From the NCBI RefSeq assembly GCF_964204645.1, contig NC_134027.1, positions 21,414,560-21,478,559 of the forward strand: DNA of 64,000 nucleotides, written 5' to 3'. The number at the start of each line of letters is the position of its first letter. Within the stretch, counting starts at the first letter, position 1. Below are positions 1 to 12,942 of this stretch, one piece after another. The notes beneath the pieces were generated by a model, which did not search any database, was not told the DNA's origin, and worked only from the letters and a program-made list of their open reading frames with translations. This DNA is from Tubulanus polymorphus (Eukaryota; Animalia; Nemertea). Position numbers and translations under genes: made by a program.

Positions 1-108
1 TACTGAACAGAAGATCAAACGAATTCAATATACGGTTTTGTGAGACTACTCTTCCCAAAAATATCATACAAGATCTGCATGTCGGTCCACTCGTGGGTTT
101 CATTTGAA

Positions 109-635
109 CAGGGGCGGATCTAGAGCCCAATTTCTGGGGGGCACCTAATAAATGTTGCTATGATGATATTGACACCCAGCGGCGTAGGCGCGAGACGTTG
201 CGGGGGGGTTTGGGGGTCCTCCCCCAGAAAATTTTTGAGATTTAACTCGGTTTTGGGGCGATTTGCTGCATTCTGAGGCAAGAATTCATGACAAATACTT
301 TCCCTTTTCTGCTGCTGATAAACTAAAACAAAGGGATTAATTTTCATTTAAAGATCAAAATTATTTCTATTTATTGCCAAAATGCTCTATCACTATTAAC
401 ATAAAATCTAAACAGGGTAATTGAGAACTGACTTGTCAATTATCCTGAACTGATACGTAAGAAGCAATTCATACCACAATCGGATGTTCCGGTGCGTGTG
501 AACTCGACTGCCATGGCACAGCGCGGCGTTAATATTAAGCGAGTGGCGGGAGGTCGGTCGAAAAAAAACGATCTTCACTTAAAGGAGGGAGGGCCGGCCC
601 GGGCCCCCGGGGCCACCTCCCTAGATCCGCGCCTG
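109..635. mobile_element. Non-autonomous TIR DNA element (CAGGGGCGGATCTAG...CTAGATCCGCGCCTG)
   Basis: About 15-bp terminal inverted repeats. Flanks TTTGAA/ATTGAA are a near-duplicated target. Same termini as 14528-14774. Confidence 0.7.
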
Positions 636-1126
636 ATTGAATATATATGAAGTTCCACTGTAGTGTGGATTTGATTTGATTCCAGATTCCACAGTTGTAA
701 ATTAACAAACTTGAATATGCATAAGTTCCACATTTGCTTCAGTTTCATGTTGACTGTGGATACAGTTCTAACGTTGTGTGGTTTCAATTTGACGGTGAGT
801 GCAGTTTCAAAGTTGCACATGTTTAATTTAATTATTTAGATCCACGGTAACTGTTATTCTCTCGAAAAAGGTTTAATTCATATGATATAATTCCAGTAGA
901 ATTTTCTAATTTCACAGATCCAGTAATATTATCCTATTCGATCGACAGAATTTTTGTCACGTAATTTGAACATATCATACTATGAATATTTATTCTTGAC
1001 TAGCGAATGTAATTTGCTTACTGGAAATTGAATTCAAACACTTCAAAACTCGTATATGATGATATAAGCAGCCGGGTTTGCCACGTTTTTCGTCAGTCGA
1101 CTCGGACGCGTGGACAGAATTTCATC

Positions 1127-2844
1127 ATGTATTTCGCTGTATTGGTTTGTGTGTTATTTGCTGGTATTTCGGAGGCAGGCATCGGCGTGGAAATCGGTAA
1201 GACATTATAGCAGTTTCAGCTTCGCAGACTTCTAGCTTTTCGTCAAGAAATAAATCAGCCGGCTCCTGGTAGGGTTATAAAGGTGGTTAGTATTATCTAC
1301 AAATCTAGAGCTGAAGCAAACCTTTGTACGGAACGATATTAGAATAATATTGTATAAGCCTCTACCCTCATTCACCATGAGTGCGTCATTCTGGGACTCG
1401 AAATCCTCCTTTTAATTTCTGCTGATTCACTCGATGGAATAAGAATTAATGCTCGAAATCGGTATTTTTCGTTGAATATATTGGTATCATATGTTTTGAG
1501 ATGTCTGCTTTCTCATGTCTTAATCAAATCATGTTTTCAAATCAATATTCAATCTTCATTTTACATTTCGCCAACTCATTTTTCTATTCAAAATTGAAAA
1601 TTTCAGTTAATACATTTTTTAGTTTTTTTATCACATGGTTGCTTTAAAACGAACTCGGATTTACGCTCGAGATTTATTTTCAAAATTAGCGCCCTGGGCC
1701 TTGCTATTTTCACTGATATACTATGTTTCGGCAGCTATTGATTGGGATGCCGAAATTCACGTAATTAGCTCCTGATTAAAACATGGTCATTTTGATTTCA
1801 GGGGGTTGTACTGTCGAGAGGTTTCCCGAATCAAGTTTCAACAAAGCTAACAATCGTTACGAAAAGGAAGGAGATTGTGAAATGTGTTACTGTGCAAACC
1901 GTGCCGCAAACGTAACCTGCAAAACGTAAGTTTTTTTGTAGCTTGGAAATAAACATTGGGCACATCCTCGACGCGATAATTCAGTTACTCAAACTATTCC
2001 GCCAGAAGGCGTGTATGATAGTCGGCCTCGTCTTGTGGTTTATTCGGTTCCTATATCTTGCTTTACGTCGTTCGGGTCTTGGTTTCCCAAGCCTAAACTA
2101 TTAGATTGTGGCCAACCTCAGGATGGGGCGTGTGAAGTGTGCCCGCACGCTGTCAGCAATGATAGCGAATGTAACCGCGTAAAACAATCCCCCAGATTTG
2201 TACTAGGTATTTCGTAAATTAATTGATTTACTGAAAAGTTTGATTCGATTTAAATACGTAATACTATAATTATGTATAAGAAATTTAAGCGCATTTGAGC
2301 GAGTAACTATTTACGAACCGGCATACTTCTAAAGTATCTAGATTTTCCATCAGGCTCGGGTTAACTTTTGAAAGGCAAGGGTATGCTGACGATGAAATGT
2401 CTAATCCTTATAGTTCATTTTCGTAAGGAAATGTGTGAGGTGAAGCTAAACATATTTTATGTGAAGTAAGGACGATCACTTTTGAAAGTGTGGAAATGTT
2501 TGATACGTCGGGTGTTAATTGAAAATATCCCAGGCAAAGTTGCAATGTGTACGTAAATGGTTTGCATTATCCGTTTTTGCAGGTGCCACCCAATAGTAAT
2601 TCAAGAATACCCATGTATGTACGAAATAATGCTGAAAGACAAGTGTTATTTCGGTAGCACAACCGCTCAGTGGCCCGAGTGTTGTTCGAAGTCCACAACA
2701 ATCTGCAAATCGTCTGGTAACTACACGTCTCTGTTCAAAAGTGATGCGTTCGTCGAATTCAAGAAAACGGCATATATAAATCCTGTGTGTAACTCTACCA
2801 TAGTGGCATTAGTTAGGGCTTCGATGGCCAAAGGCCATGTCTAA
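1127..2844 (+). CDS. Secreted single-domain von Willebrand factor type C (SVWC)-like protein, 3 exons
   Basis: Exons 1127-1196, 1802-1925 and 2583-2844 with GT/AG ends and matching phases (1, 2). Signal peptide MYFAVLVCVLFAGISEA. Cys pattern C..DCEMCYC..TCKTC..C..C..QWPECC fits SVWC. AATAAA near 2992. Confidence 0.85.
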
Positions 2845-4169
2845 ACACGTGTATTCAGTAACGATTTCGTTATATTTGAGAAATGATATCTATGACGTTG
2901 TCGCAAATAATTCAACGTATGTTTTGACTAATTTCACATAGCATCTTTCATCAATGATGTATTTACTGTATACGAAGATGAGGCAAAATACAATAAATAT
3001 AAACATTGATCAAAATATGTTTCATTGCTTTTTTAAAGTAAAAGAAAATGCACAACATGCGGGTATTATCAGTTTCCGGTCAGGAGCCCGTTTCAAGTAA
3101 CGAATTTCGACATTAAAAAATTGCATATTACTATCATGTTATTGACCAATGAAATTTGTACTGTGAAATAGGCGTCAGCTCACCTAGAATAACGCATCGA
3201 GTTTTTTCAGGCAATTTTCACCAATGTTTATATAATATCATACATAACCTTAAAGCTAACTGACACTATCCTTAGCCTTTACCTAATCACTCGTCAAATA
3301 TATATGCGACTTGATTTTTGGGCACCAAATAAGACGTCACCACATCATAAACATACTAAACGTTACAAAGCCTTGACTGCTGGGCGATTTCCAAGTGGTC
3401 GATTCCTAAACGTGTAGAGCAAAGAAGAATGAATTGTCATTTCTAACGATCGGAGAATTTTATAACGAACTACGGGCGTGTATTGATTCAATTCAGTTCA
3501 ATATCTATCTCACGGAAAAGCATAATAATGAAATTAGATGAAAGCTAAACAATTCCAAAAATGATATAAAACGAATATACATAATACTGGATGGCAGCAG
3601 TAAACGACTAATAGACTGGTCGCCGGCAACAGCTTGAATTGATTAGAAATGATGAACGCTATAAACAATGAACAAATGTGACAGTTATAAGCAACAAATC
3701 GGTGACCGTTGAAATGAGAAGTTTGACTAACATTAGTTTCAGGACGCCAAAGGTCTTCGTCGGTAAGTGTGTGTAGATAGTACGTACCAAGCACAACTCC
3801 TATTAAGCCATGTTCGATGTGTTACTTTCTAAAATCCTAAGTGTCCCAGATTATGTTTCGGTCGCATCAATTAAGCCTCCCTACTTTGCTTGCGTAATCA
3901 TTTTCCAAAAAGGCGCCAGCATTTCTCTAGAGTAATTTTCTTGTTTCATCATCGGGGACCTTAAAATGAGATTCCCGGAAACGCTATTTCATTACAACGC
4001 TCACCCTCCTTAATACTGTGATGTTGAACTAGTTTCAATCCCAGGAGGATTTTCTTGGCGAGAGAGAAAAAACATTACCAAAAGACGAGTCAACGAATTT
4101 TCGAATCCAGGCACGGAGAACGCTAACTACATTTCCGATGTCAATATGCTTGCGTGTCTGGCGTTTTTT

Positions 4170-4565
4170 GATGCAACCATTCAGAAAAGTTTCATGCCTA
4201 ATAATCTGATGACCAAGTAGCCAATGTCCATCCTAAAATAATATCTGTCTCCGTACCAGCTCGTTCTCTACGGTCTTGTCAGGATCCTACGTACTATTTT
4301 AGTCCAAACATGTGCCAATACGAAATGGAAGTAGAGCTTTGAAGATCTCAGAACATCATCTATGGAATTCCAAAAACTGCCGAGCAAAGCCCTTCATTGA
4401 TGCCTCTAAGCGTAATCTTAAAACTTACCTTTTTAGAAGACCATCTTAAGTGTGATTATTTTTGAATTTCTCAATGTCTTATTGTATCTTATGATTCTTA
4501 TGTTTTTAAACTTTGTAAAGCGCCGTGTAAATTCAATTAGTACGGCGCTTTAAAGAAAATAAACT
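4170..4565 (+). mobile_element. Degenerate 3' end of an L2/CR1-like LINE
   Basis: Remnant LWNS...LKTYLF-type coding tail, then TGTAAAGCGCC...GGCGCTTTA stem and AATAAA. Boundaries approximate. Confidence 0.45.
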
Positions 4566-4774
4566 GTTTTACTGTTATTAAATGCTTATCGGAAAATTGA
4601 GTTTGTCTTGTTTTACTTTGACTTCATTACGTCGGGGGCCTTTCCATTCAAATACATGACGCCACTGTGGAAAATGTTTCTCTGAAGTTGTTTTGGACTG
4701 GTTTGTACAAATTGTTAGTTGTGATGCTCCTGCTTTTTATCAACTAAGCGTTCTTACCTGAAATATTTTCCGAC

Positions 4775-5818
4775 CTACATTCGATTTCCTAATCGGCCAC
4801 AGCTCAAAAACCAGACAAGCGTTTCTCCAAAACCTCTCCGGATACATAAATACACGAATAAATTGATCATAGAATTTACGGCATGTAAAAACTGACCCGA
4901 CTGAAACGGTCGATATTTCCTGCCCTCATTCGCTGGTAAAACCGCGGGTAAAAATGTGTTAAGTACAGCCATCACATATTCAACCATATATACTACATTT
5001 AAAGCCAATATCGTAAAAGTAATCTGGCGACCTTGTTTACTATTAGCGGAACTTGCATTTTCGTCGATTTGTTGAAGTTTCTGGCGCAGACGAGCCGCCT
5101 CCAGCACTAACATCGACATATGAACGTTACACGCCAAAACAATGAGACCCGGAATAAACCTTACCACAACTTTACCGAAAACAAAATCGTAATACATCGC
5201 GTATTGCTTATTGAGAAGCAGTGATTTTTTCCGGCCGATATACGAACACGGTTGATCGGGATTGACTACGTACGCCTCTTTATCCCAAATCGTTGGTATA
5301 TCAAAAATAAAAGTTGCAACCCAAGTCGCAACAGATATACGAAACGCATTTTGAATCGAACAAATTCGTCTGGCAGACAGCGGGTATCTTATGGCCACAT
5401 AACGATCAATACTTAACGCGAAAAGCAGCCACGGACTCGTAGTCGTGGTCATCTGGAATATGGCATCTACATAACTATAGATATGGCGGAAGTACTGTTG
5501 AACGACGAGATTAAAACGAATAGATTCAAAAGGGTAGCGCTTGGAGACCATGATTAACTCGCGGCCGAACAGCCCGGTTAAACAGTTGACAGTATCGGCT
5601 ACGGCGAGTGTCTCCAAATATAGAATACTACTTCCTTTATGCTTCATCAAACGAAGAACTATGAATGCGAAGCAGTTTGAGACGACGCCAATGGCGTAAA
5701 GTAAGGCACGAGCCAATATCATTATGGTATCGTACGTGAAAGTACCCGAACCATCACAGAAATTACCGCAACAAATATGCGTCTGGTTTGTGTTCGGTGT
5801 TGCTGTTGAGCTGTACAT
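4775..5818 (-). CDS. Intronless class A (rhodopsin-like) GPCR, peptide/FMRFamide-receptor-like or chemosensory
   Basis: 347-aa ORF from ATG at 5818 with 7 hydrophobic segments, GxxSN (TM1), LAVAD (TM2), SIDRYVAIRYP (TM3) and NSMINLFVY (TM7). Confidence 0.9.
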   Translation of the reverse strand: MYSSTATPNTNQTHICCGNFCDGSGTFTYDTIMILARALLYAIGVVSNCFAFIVLRLMKHKGSSILYLETLAVADTVNCLTGLFGRELIMVSKRYPFESIRFNLVVQQYFRHIYSYVDAIFQMTTTTSPWLLFALSIDRYVAIRYPLSARRICSIQNAFRISVATWVATFIFDIPTIWDKEAYVVNPDQPCSYIGRKKSLLLNKQYAMYYDFVFGKVVVRFIPGLIVLACNVHMSMLVLEAARLRQKLQQIDENASSANSKQGRQITFTILALNVVYMVEYVMAVLNTFLPAVLPANEGRKYRPFQSGQFLHAVNSMINLFVYLCIRRGFGETLVWFLSCGRLGNRM

Positions 5819-7940
5819 CACTTCGAATGACGTTTAACGCAACAAAACCATGAAACACACATGAGAGTGATGCGCAATGATTGCTACTTTGCATTGTATA
5901 ATCATTTTTCTCCAGAACCGCCCGTATCTATTTTGCCACGAGTTTTTTATTCGCCACAATGGATGCAATTACGCTAAAAGCAGCGCTAAGTTCCAGGTTA
6001 TAATTCTAGGTATGGAGAAATATTCCGGTGTAGTTTGCCGCACGTTTTCTATTCGCCACAATGGATTCGTAGCTGCAATTACGATAAACACAGTGCAAAG
6101 TTCCAGGCAATAATCATTTGTATGCAGAAGTATTCCAGTAGATTATATGCTCGGCTTCCCATCGACAAATTCACTGATATTTTCAGGACTAGTAATGAGA
6201 AAAATCCTCATTTCAGCCAAACGTTTGCGTAGTCGGAAAATAGCCCTCATTGAGTAAAATCTGTTTGTCCTTTGAGAAATGAAGATGTATTGTTTGCTTG
6301 GGAGAGGCATTTGGCCTACGCTAAACAAAAACTTTTTGCCAACTACATGTTATGCTTGCATATAATGCATTTTAAATGCGGTTTGTAAGTTTATTGTGTA
6401 AGTCTTGTAATAATGTATATTATGGAAATAAATTTATTGTAAAAAAACTACATGTTGCGTTCTAAGTTGCGTGCTCCTTATGAATCCTACAATAACAGGG
6501 TATGGCATCAACGGCGATTTTTGTTGAAAATTGGTAAGCAGTTATTTGCTTTTTTGCTCATCTTATTCCCCGAAAATTAATCAATTCATGGGATATCATT
6601 GCTCTATATCAGATAACTTCACAGTAACGTTTAGGCCAACTTAACATTTTTGAATCAAAGGTGGCTGCCAGTCAGCCATCTTTTATGATAAAACAACGGT
6701 CATCTGATAATGCTATCTAACATTACCACGTGAAATATCAATACTCTACTTAAAACACATTCATCGTTATAGACTAAATGTAAAATTTAATCAAAGATGG
6801 CCGCCAGTTCACTATATCTAGTGGTATTACGACCTAGATTCATCTTCTGATCGCGTTACTCCAACAATATCAAACACAACAACCTATTAGATAAAAAATT
6901 CATTGATCTTAATCTGTGAGCGCTAAGATCAGATACAATTCTTATAAAAAGATTCCAACTAAAATATTTAAAAAGCTGACTCTATTACTATGCTCAAATG
7001 TTTACTGATATGCCGGTATGAAACTTAAATGGAAACTTGTTTACCAGAAACTTCGTAAATCATCCTTTTCTATTTCACCTATAGTTTCCTTAAACAAAAT
7101 AACCAAGAACTCAAAGGCGAGTATAGCATAGCCTGTTGATTTCTTCTGTAACATTGGCTCAGAAATTCCTGAGAGATGATTTCCCTGGTCATGATTACAC
7201 ATATTATTTCCTGAAAGATTGTGCTAACGACAATGTATTCCTATAGTAGATTCTCCATTAATGTCTGAATTATTGATGATTTTATCTATTATTGCAGTAA
7301 TAGACATGTTTGGAATGGTTTTTCTGAATCCAAATTGACATGGTGAAAGCGTCTTATACTTATACTTATATTATGTCCGTCCAAAAACTTACTTGTGGAA
7401 GTCTTTTTCAAATTACATTTCTAAGACCTTTGAAAAACATGGGAGAACTGATGTCGGTCTGTGATTCGAAAAATGAGAATCATCTCAGTTTAAAACAACT
7501 AAGGTATAATCCTCGATATTTCAAAGGATTCGAGTACTTGCCCATTAGTGAAACATAGATTGAAAATTTGAGTTACTACGTAACGTCAATAACTCTCTCT
7601 TCAGATCTTATTACTGATATCATAACGATCAGTGTTATGACTGTTTTTGAAATAGTTTTATTTTTCAATTTGTATATACATTCCCACAATAAACTTAAAA
7701 CCTGGTACAGCATCAACACACATTTTTGTTGAAAATCGGTTTATAATTATCTGGTATCTCATCAATTATCCCCCGAAAATTAATCAATTCAAAGGTTATA
7801 TTGCTACTTATCAAATATATTACTTATATAGGCCAAATGCGTAGGCCAACCTAGATTCATCTTCTTATAATGTCATCTAACATAACATTCTCATTAGTGA
7901 AAGCACTACATCAAATGCATTCACAGCCATAGAGCCATAA

Positions 7941-9988
7941 GGCTGGCTTATGTCGACAAGCAACGCGACGCCTACCGACTCCTACCGACGCAACTGAGAG
8001 CAACCGTGATCGCAGCCCAGCTTATATCGAGTAGCGGGATACGATATCCTCCCAGTTGCTTCCCTGCTTATGTCGGTTACGATTACTGGTAACTGCAACG
8101 GCTCAGATTGTCACGTGATAAGCATTTTGAGAATAAATTTGAATTATTTTGAATTATTGGGAAATATAGTTCAAAGCTTTTTCTGTAAGATCTTTATCTT
8201 TCTGATTCTGTTTTGAATACAATGTGCTAGCGACATCATATAAAGATGGCCGCTCACACCATGTTTCTACCAATTTCGCTTCTAGATCTTCGGTCCAGTC
8301 ATCCGCCATGCTGAAGGTTTGGTTTACGTTTCGAAATACTTGAATTTGAAAGTTTATGACTAATTACGAATGACGCTAACTAACGGTCATAATTTGTACT
8401 ATTTATATGCGGTCGCTTATTGGCTGAAAACCTTGCGCTCCGTTGCGTAACAGATGAGCTTAAGGCTGGCTTATGTCGACAAGCAACGCGACGCCTACCG
8501 ACTCCTACCGACGCAACTGAGAGCGACCGCGATCGCAGCCCAGCTTATGTTGACTGCGCTCCGATTCGCAGCAACTGAGGCCGACTAGCGGGATACGAGA
8601 TTCTCCCAGTTGCTTCCCTGCTTATCTCGGTTGCGATTACTGGCAACTACACGGCTCAGATAGTCACGTGATAAGCATTTTGAGAATAAATTTGATTTAT
8701 TTTGAATTATTGGGAAATATATTTCTATTAGAAAAGCTATTTTTTAAGATCTTTATCTTTCTGATTCTGTTTTGAATACAATGTGATCGCGACATCATAT
8801 AAAGATGGCCGCTCACACCATAATTCTACCAATTTCGCTTCTAGATCTTCGGCCCAGTCATCTGCCGTGCTGAAGGTTTGGTTTACGTTTCGAAATATTT
8901 GAATTTGAAAGTTTATGACTAATGACGAATGACGCTAACTAGCGGTCATAATCTGTACTATATATACGCGGTCTCTTATTGGCTGGAACCCTTGCGCTCA
9001 GTTCCGTCGCATCGCAGATGAGCTTATGTCGGCTGCGATCGAAAGCAACTGTCCGCCTAGCGTAGGCCGGAGTAGAACATGGGCAACTAGCCGGATACGG
9101 CTTGCGACGAGTCGGTAGTCGTCGGTTTGCCGTCGCAAGCCGGCTTATGTCGGCCGCTCTCGTAGGCCGCTAGTTGCCGCTAATCGGCGATAAACCCAGT
9201 TGCATCGGTAGGCGTCGCGTTGCTTGTAACGCCTACCGACTCCTACCGACGCAACTGAGAGCAACCGCGATCGTAGCCCAGCTTATGTCGACTGCGCTCC
9301 GATTCGCAGAAACTGAGGTCGACTAGCGGGATATGAGATCCTCCCAGTTGCTTCCCTACTTATGTCGGTTGCGATTACTAGCAACTGCAACGGCTCAAAT
9401 GGTCACGTGATAAGCATTTTGAGAATAAATTTGAATTATTAGGAAATATATTTCTATTAGAAAAGCTATTTCTTTAAGACTTTGATCTTTCTGATTCTGT
9501 TTTGAATACAACGTGCTAGCGACATCTATAAAGATGGCCGCTTACACCATAATTCTACCAATTTCGTTCCAGTCCTCTGCCGTGCTGAAGGTTTGGTTTA
9601 CGTTTTGAACTACTTGAATTTGAAAGTTTACAACTAATTACGAATGACGCTAACTAGCGGTGATAAGTTGTACTATGTATATGCGGTCTCTCATTGGCTG
9701 GAACCCCTGCGCTCAGTTCCGTCGCGTCGCAGATGAGCTTATGTCGGCTGCGATCGAAAGCAACTGCCCGCCTACCGTAGGCCGGAGTAGAACATGGGCA
9801 ACTAGCCGGATACGGCTTGCGATGAGTCGGTAGGCGTCGGTAGGCGTCGCGTTGCCGTCGCAAGCCGGCTTATGTCGAACCGATTGAGGAGCAACTGGCG
9901 GCCTCTCGTAGGCCGCTAGTTGCCGCTAATTGGCGATAAACCCAGTTGCGTCGGTAGGCGTCGCGTTGCTTGTCGACATAAGCCAGCC
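7941..9988. mobile_element. Head-to-tail array of three copies of a ~750-bp non-autonomous TIR element
   Basis: Ends GGCTGGCTTATGTCGACAAGCAACGCGACGCCTACCGAC and its reverse complement. Units at about 7941-8460 (truncated), 8464-9226 and 9228-9988. Many internal GCTTATGTCG motifs. Confidence 0.85.
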
Positions 9989-10164
9989 TTTAGATATATC
10001 TGCAGTATGACTACCAGAAAACTTTGGAAAAAAAACAAACATAAAATTCCTCATCTATGGAATATGAGCGCTCTATTGCAGATCACAATATCCGTGATAA
10101 AACGATACGAGTAAAATCCCACAATAAATGAACGAAATGATAAAATGTTTATTCAAAACATATG

Positions 10165-10204
10165 AGAAATATTTCGGGTGGTAACTACCATCCTTCTTCA
10201 GTCT
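10165..10204 (-). ncRNA. Minimal type I hammerhead ribozyme motif (Penelope-like repeat remnant)
   Basis: Minus strand reads AGA-CTGAAGA-aGGATGGT(agtt)ACCACCC-GAAA-TAT-T-TCT: conserved core, stem II, palindromic mini stem III and 3-bp stem I. A homologous repeat lies near 36200-36395. Confidence 0.55.
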
Positions 10205-10926
10205 TAAATGACTTGCAGTATTAATACATGCAATAGGACACGAATCGCTGCACATTACGTTATGGGGACTAGAGCACTGACATATCTTGGAAGAAGTTTA
10301 TTATGGGGGCTGAAACCATTTTTGAGATTGACAGAACGATCGGAATGATTCAACTATGTGTCGTTTAGTGCGACTACTGTTGGGAAAAAATAATATTGGC
10401 TCAAGAAAAATCAAAATTGTGTCCGGTAACCAAGATTGAGAGACTACCCCACATTCTAATTTAACCCCATTGAATACATCCCGTTTATGTTCTTTAATAC
10501 GTTCCTTAATATTCCTACCAGTTTCCCCAATGTAAAAAAGGTTACAATCAGAAGAGTTAATTTTATAAACTCCACAATGTACATTAGGGTTCAGATTGTT
10601 GTGGGAGCAAAAATTAGAAATTTTATTATTAAACTTGAAAATTAAATCAGTATTTAAATGACGAAGAGCCGGTTTGAATTACAAATTCATTAATTATGCA
10701 AATGAGGCATCATAACTTTTTACACGACCAATAGAATACTTAGCAATGAAAATTACGCAAATACAGACAACTGAATACAAATTACGTTTTTTTATCAAAG
10801 CTAAACGGTTTGATGCACTAACGGGATGGCTGCGCTGCAGCTATGATCGGAACATATCATTATCTGTTCACTTAATTTCCAGTACGTAAATAAACTATAC
10901 AGTCAACAAAACTGTTTCACCAACAA

Positions 10927-11613
10927 GTGTGGGGGAAAACATGGCCAAGGAAAAAATGGCCAAGGAAAAAATGCCAAGGAAAATTTATGAGAACAACTGA
11001 CAATTTCTAAAAACATAAAGCTTTCAATTTAATGACATCATTTATTTTTCATGAGGCTTAAAACAATTAAAATCGATATAATGAGTTCAGAAATTTGATG
11101 AACTTACATTTAATTTCATTACATATAATGAATATTTCAAGAACTGTCATGAAAGAACTATCATGCAAGTGGGCAACGGATAAACTAAATAATGATAAAC
11201 TTAAACTTAATGAATTAACTAAATTAATATTTCAAAACATCTAAGTAAGTTATTAGGGCACAGACTGTCTTAAATCATCAAAGGTAAATGCATTGAAATT
11301 GTGTGGTAATTTATATGGCAAACTGGTGTAGTGTCTGATAACATCGAAGTGAGTTATGCTCATCATAAATTTACCTAAAATAATCCAGGAATAGGTCTAA
11401 TAATCTCAAAAAGTCACATATGTCAAACAACAATGCATTTGATTTCTTTTTAGTCAATGAAATGATGGTTAGTTTTCTATTTAATTCTTCTTGGCCTTTT
11501 TTCCGTGGTCATTTTTTTTCCTTGACTATTTCTTTCCAAGGCAAATACCTTGGCCATTTTTTCCTAGGTAAATACATTGGCCATTCTTTCCTTGGCCATT
11601 TTTTCTGTTCACC
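10927..11613. mobile_element. Foldback/Mutator-like element with modular inverted ends
   Basis: Left end has TGGCCAAGGAAAAAA repeats and right end has the inverted TTTTTCCTTGGCCA repeats. Flanked by direct repeat TTCACCAACAA (10916-10926, 11614-11624). Confidence 0.65.
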
Positions 11614-11899
11614 TTCACCAACAATGGTTATAAACTGAATGATAGTCCACAGCATTTATTCAATTGATCACCATCATTTCAAAATTTGATTGTTAAGACT
11701 TAAGTGGTGAATGTCTGAAGGCTTGGTTCATGGTGGCAGATTGACCCTTTAATTCATCTCACACCTCATACCACTTTGCGTATTTCAAAAAGAACCCTAA
11801 AAGTTTAGGTTATTTTAAATTGGTTTGTAAAAATTGATTATGATGCTTCTAGTATTTATAATCAAAGCATTTTTTGGCAATTCGGAAATAAATTCCAAC

Positions 11900-12942
11900 C
11901 TACGCTCGTTTTCCGAATCGGCCGCAGCCTAAAAACCAGACAAGCGTTTCTCCAAAACCTCTCCGGATACATAAATATACGAATAAATTGATCGCAGAAT
12001 TAACGGCATGTAAAAATTGACCCGAATGATACGGTCGATATTTCCTGCCCTCGTTCGCGGGTAAAACCGCTGGTAAAAATGTGTTCAGTACAGCCATCAC
12101 ATATTCAACCATAAATACTACATTCAAAGCCAGTATCGTGATGGTAATTTGCCGACCATGTTTACTATTAATGGAACTTGCATCTTCGTCTATTTGTTGA
12201 AGTTTCTGGCGCAGACGAGCCGCCTGCAGCACTAACATCGACATGTGAACGTTACACGCCAAAACAATGAAACCCGGAATAAACCTTACCACAACTTTAC
12301 CGAAAACAAAATCGTAATACATCGCGTATTGTTTATCGAGAAGCAGTAACTTTTTCTGATCGATGTACATACACGGCTGATAGGGATTGACTACGTACGT
12401 CTCTTTATCCCAAATCGTCGGTATATCAAAATGAAAGTTAGAATCCAAGTCGCCATTGAAACACGAAATGCATTTTGAATTGTACATATTTGTCGTGCAG
12501 ACAAAGGAAATCGAATGGCCACGTAGCGATCAATGCTCATCGCGAAAAGCAACCAAGGACTCGTTGTCGTGGTCATCTGGAATATTGCATCTATATAAAG
12601 ATAGATATGGTAAAAATACTGTTGATAAATGTGATTGTACCGAATATATTCGAACGGGTAGCTTTTTGCTAAGATCATCAACTCGCTTCCGAACAGCCCG
12701 GTTAAACAGTTCGCAGTATCGGCTATAGCGATTGCCTCCAAATATAAAACACTGCTTCCTTTAAGTTTCATCAGATGAAGAACTATAAATGCGAGACAGT
12801 TGGAAACGGCTCCAATGGCGTAAAGTATGCTACGAGCTAACGTCATTATGGTACCGTACGTGTAAGTTCCTGAACCATCACAGAAATTACCGCAACAAAT
12901 ATGCGTCTGGTTTGTGACCGGTGTTGATGTCGAGTTGTACAT
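11900..12942 (-). pseudogene. Paralog of the 4775-5818 GPCR with a 1-nt frameshift (pseudogene or assembly error)
   Basis: ORFs 12391-12942 and 11900-12487 together align over the full length of the first copy. The A5 run of copy 1 is A4 at 12428-12431. No other disruption seen. Confidence 0.8.
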
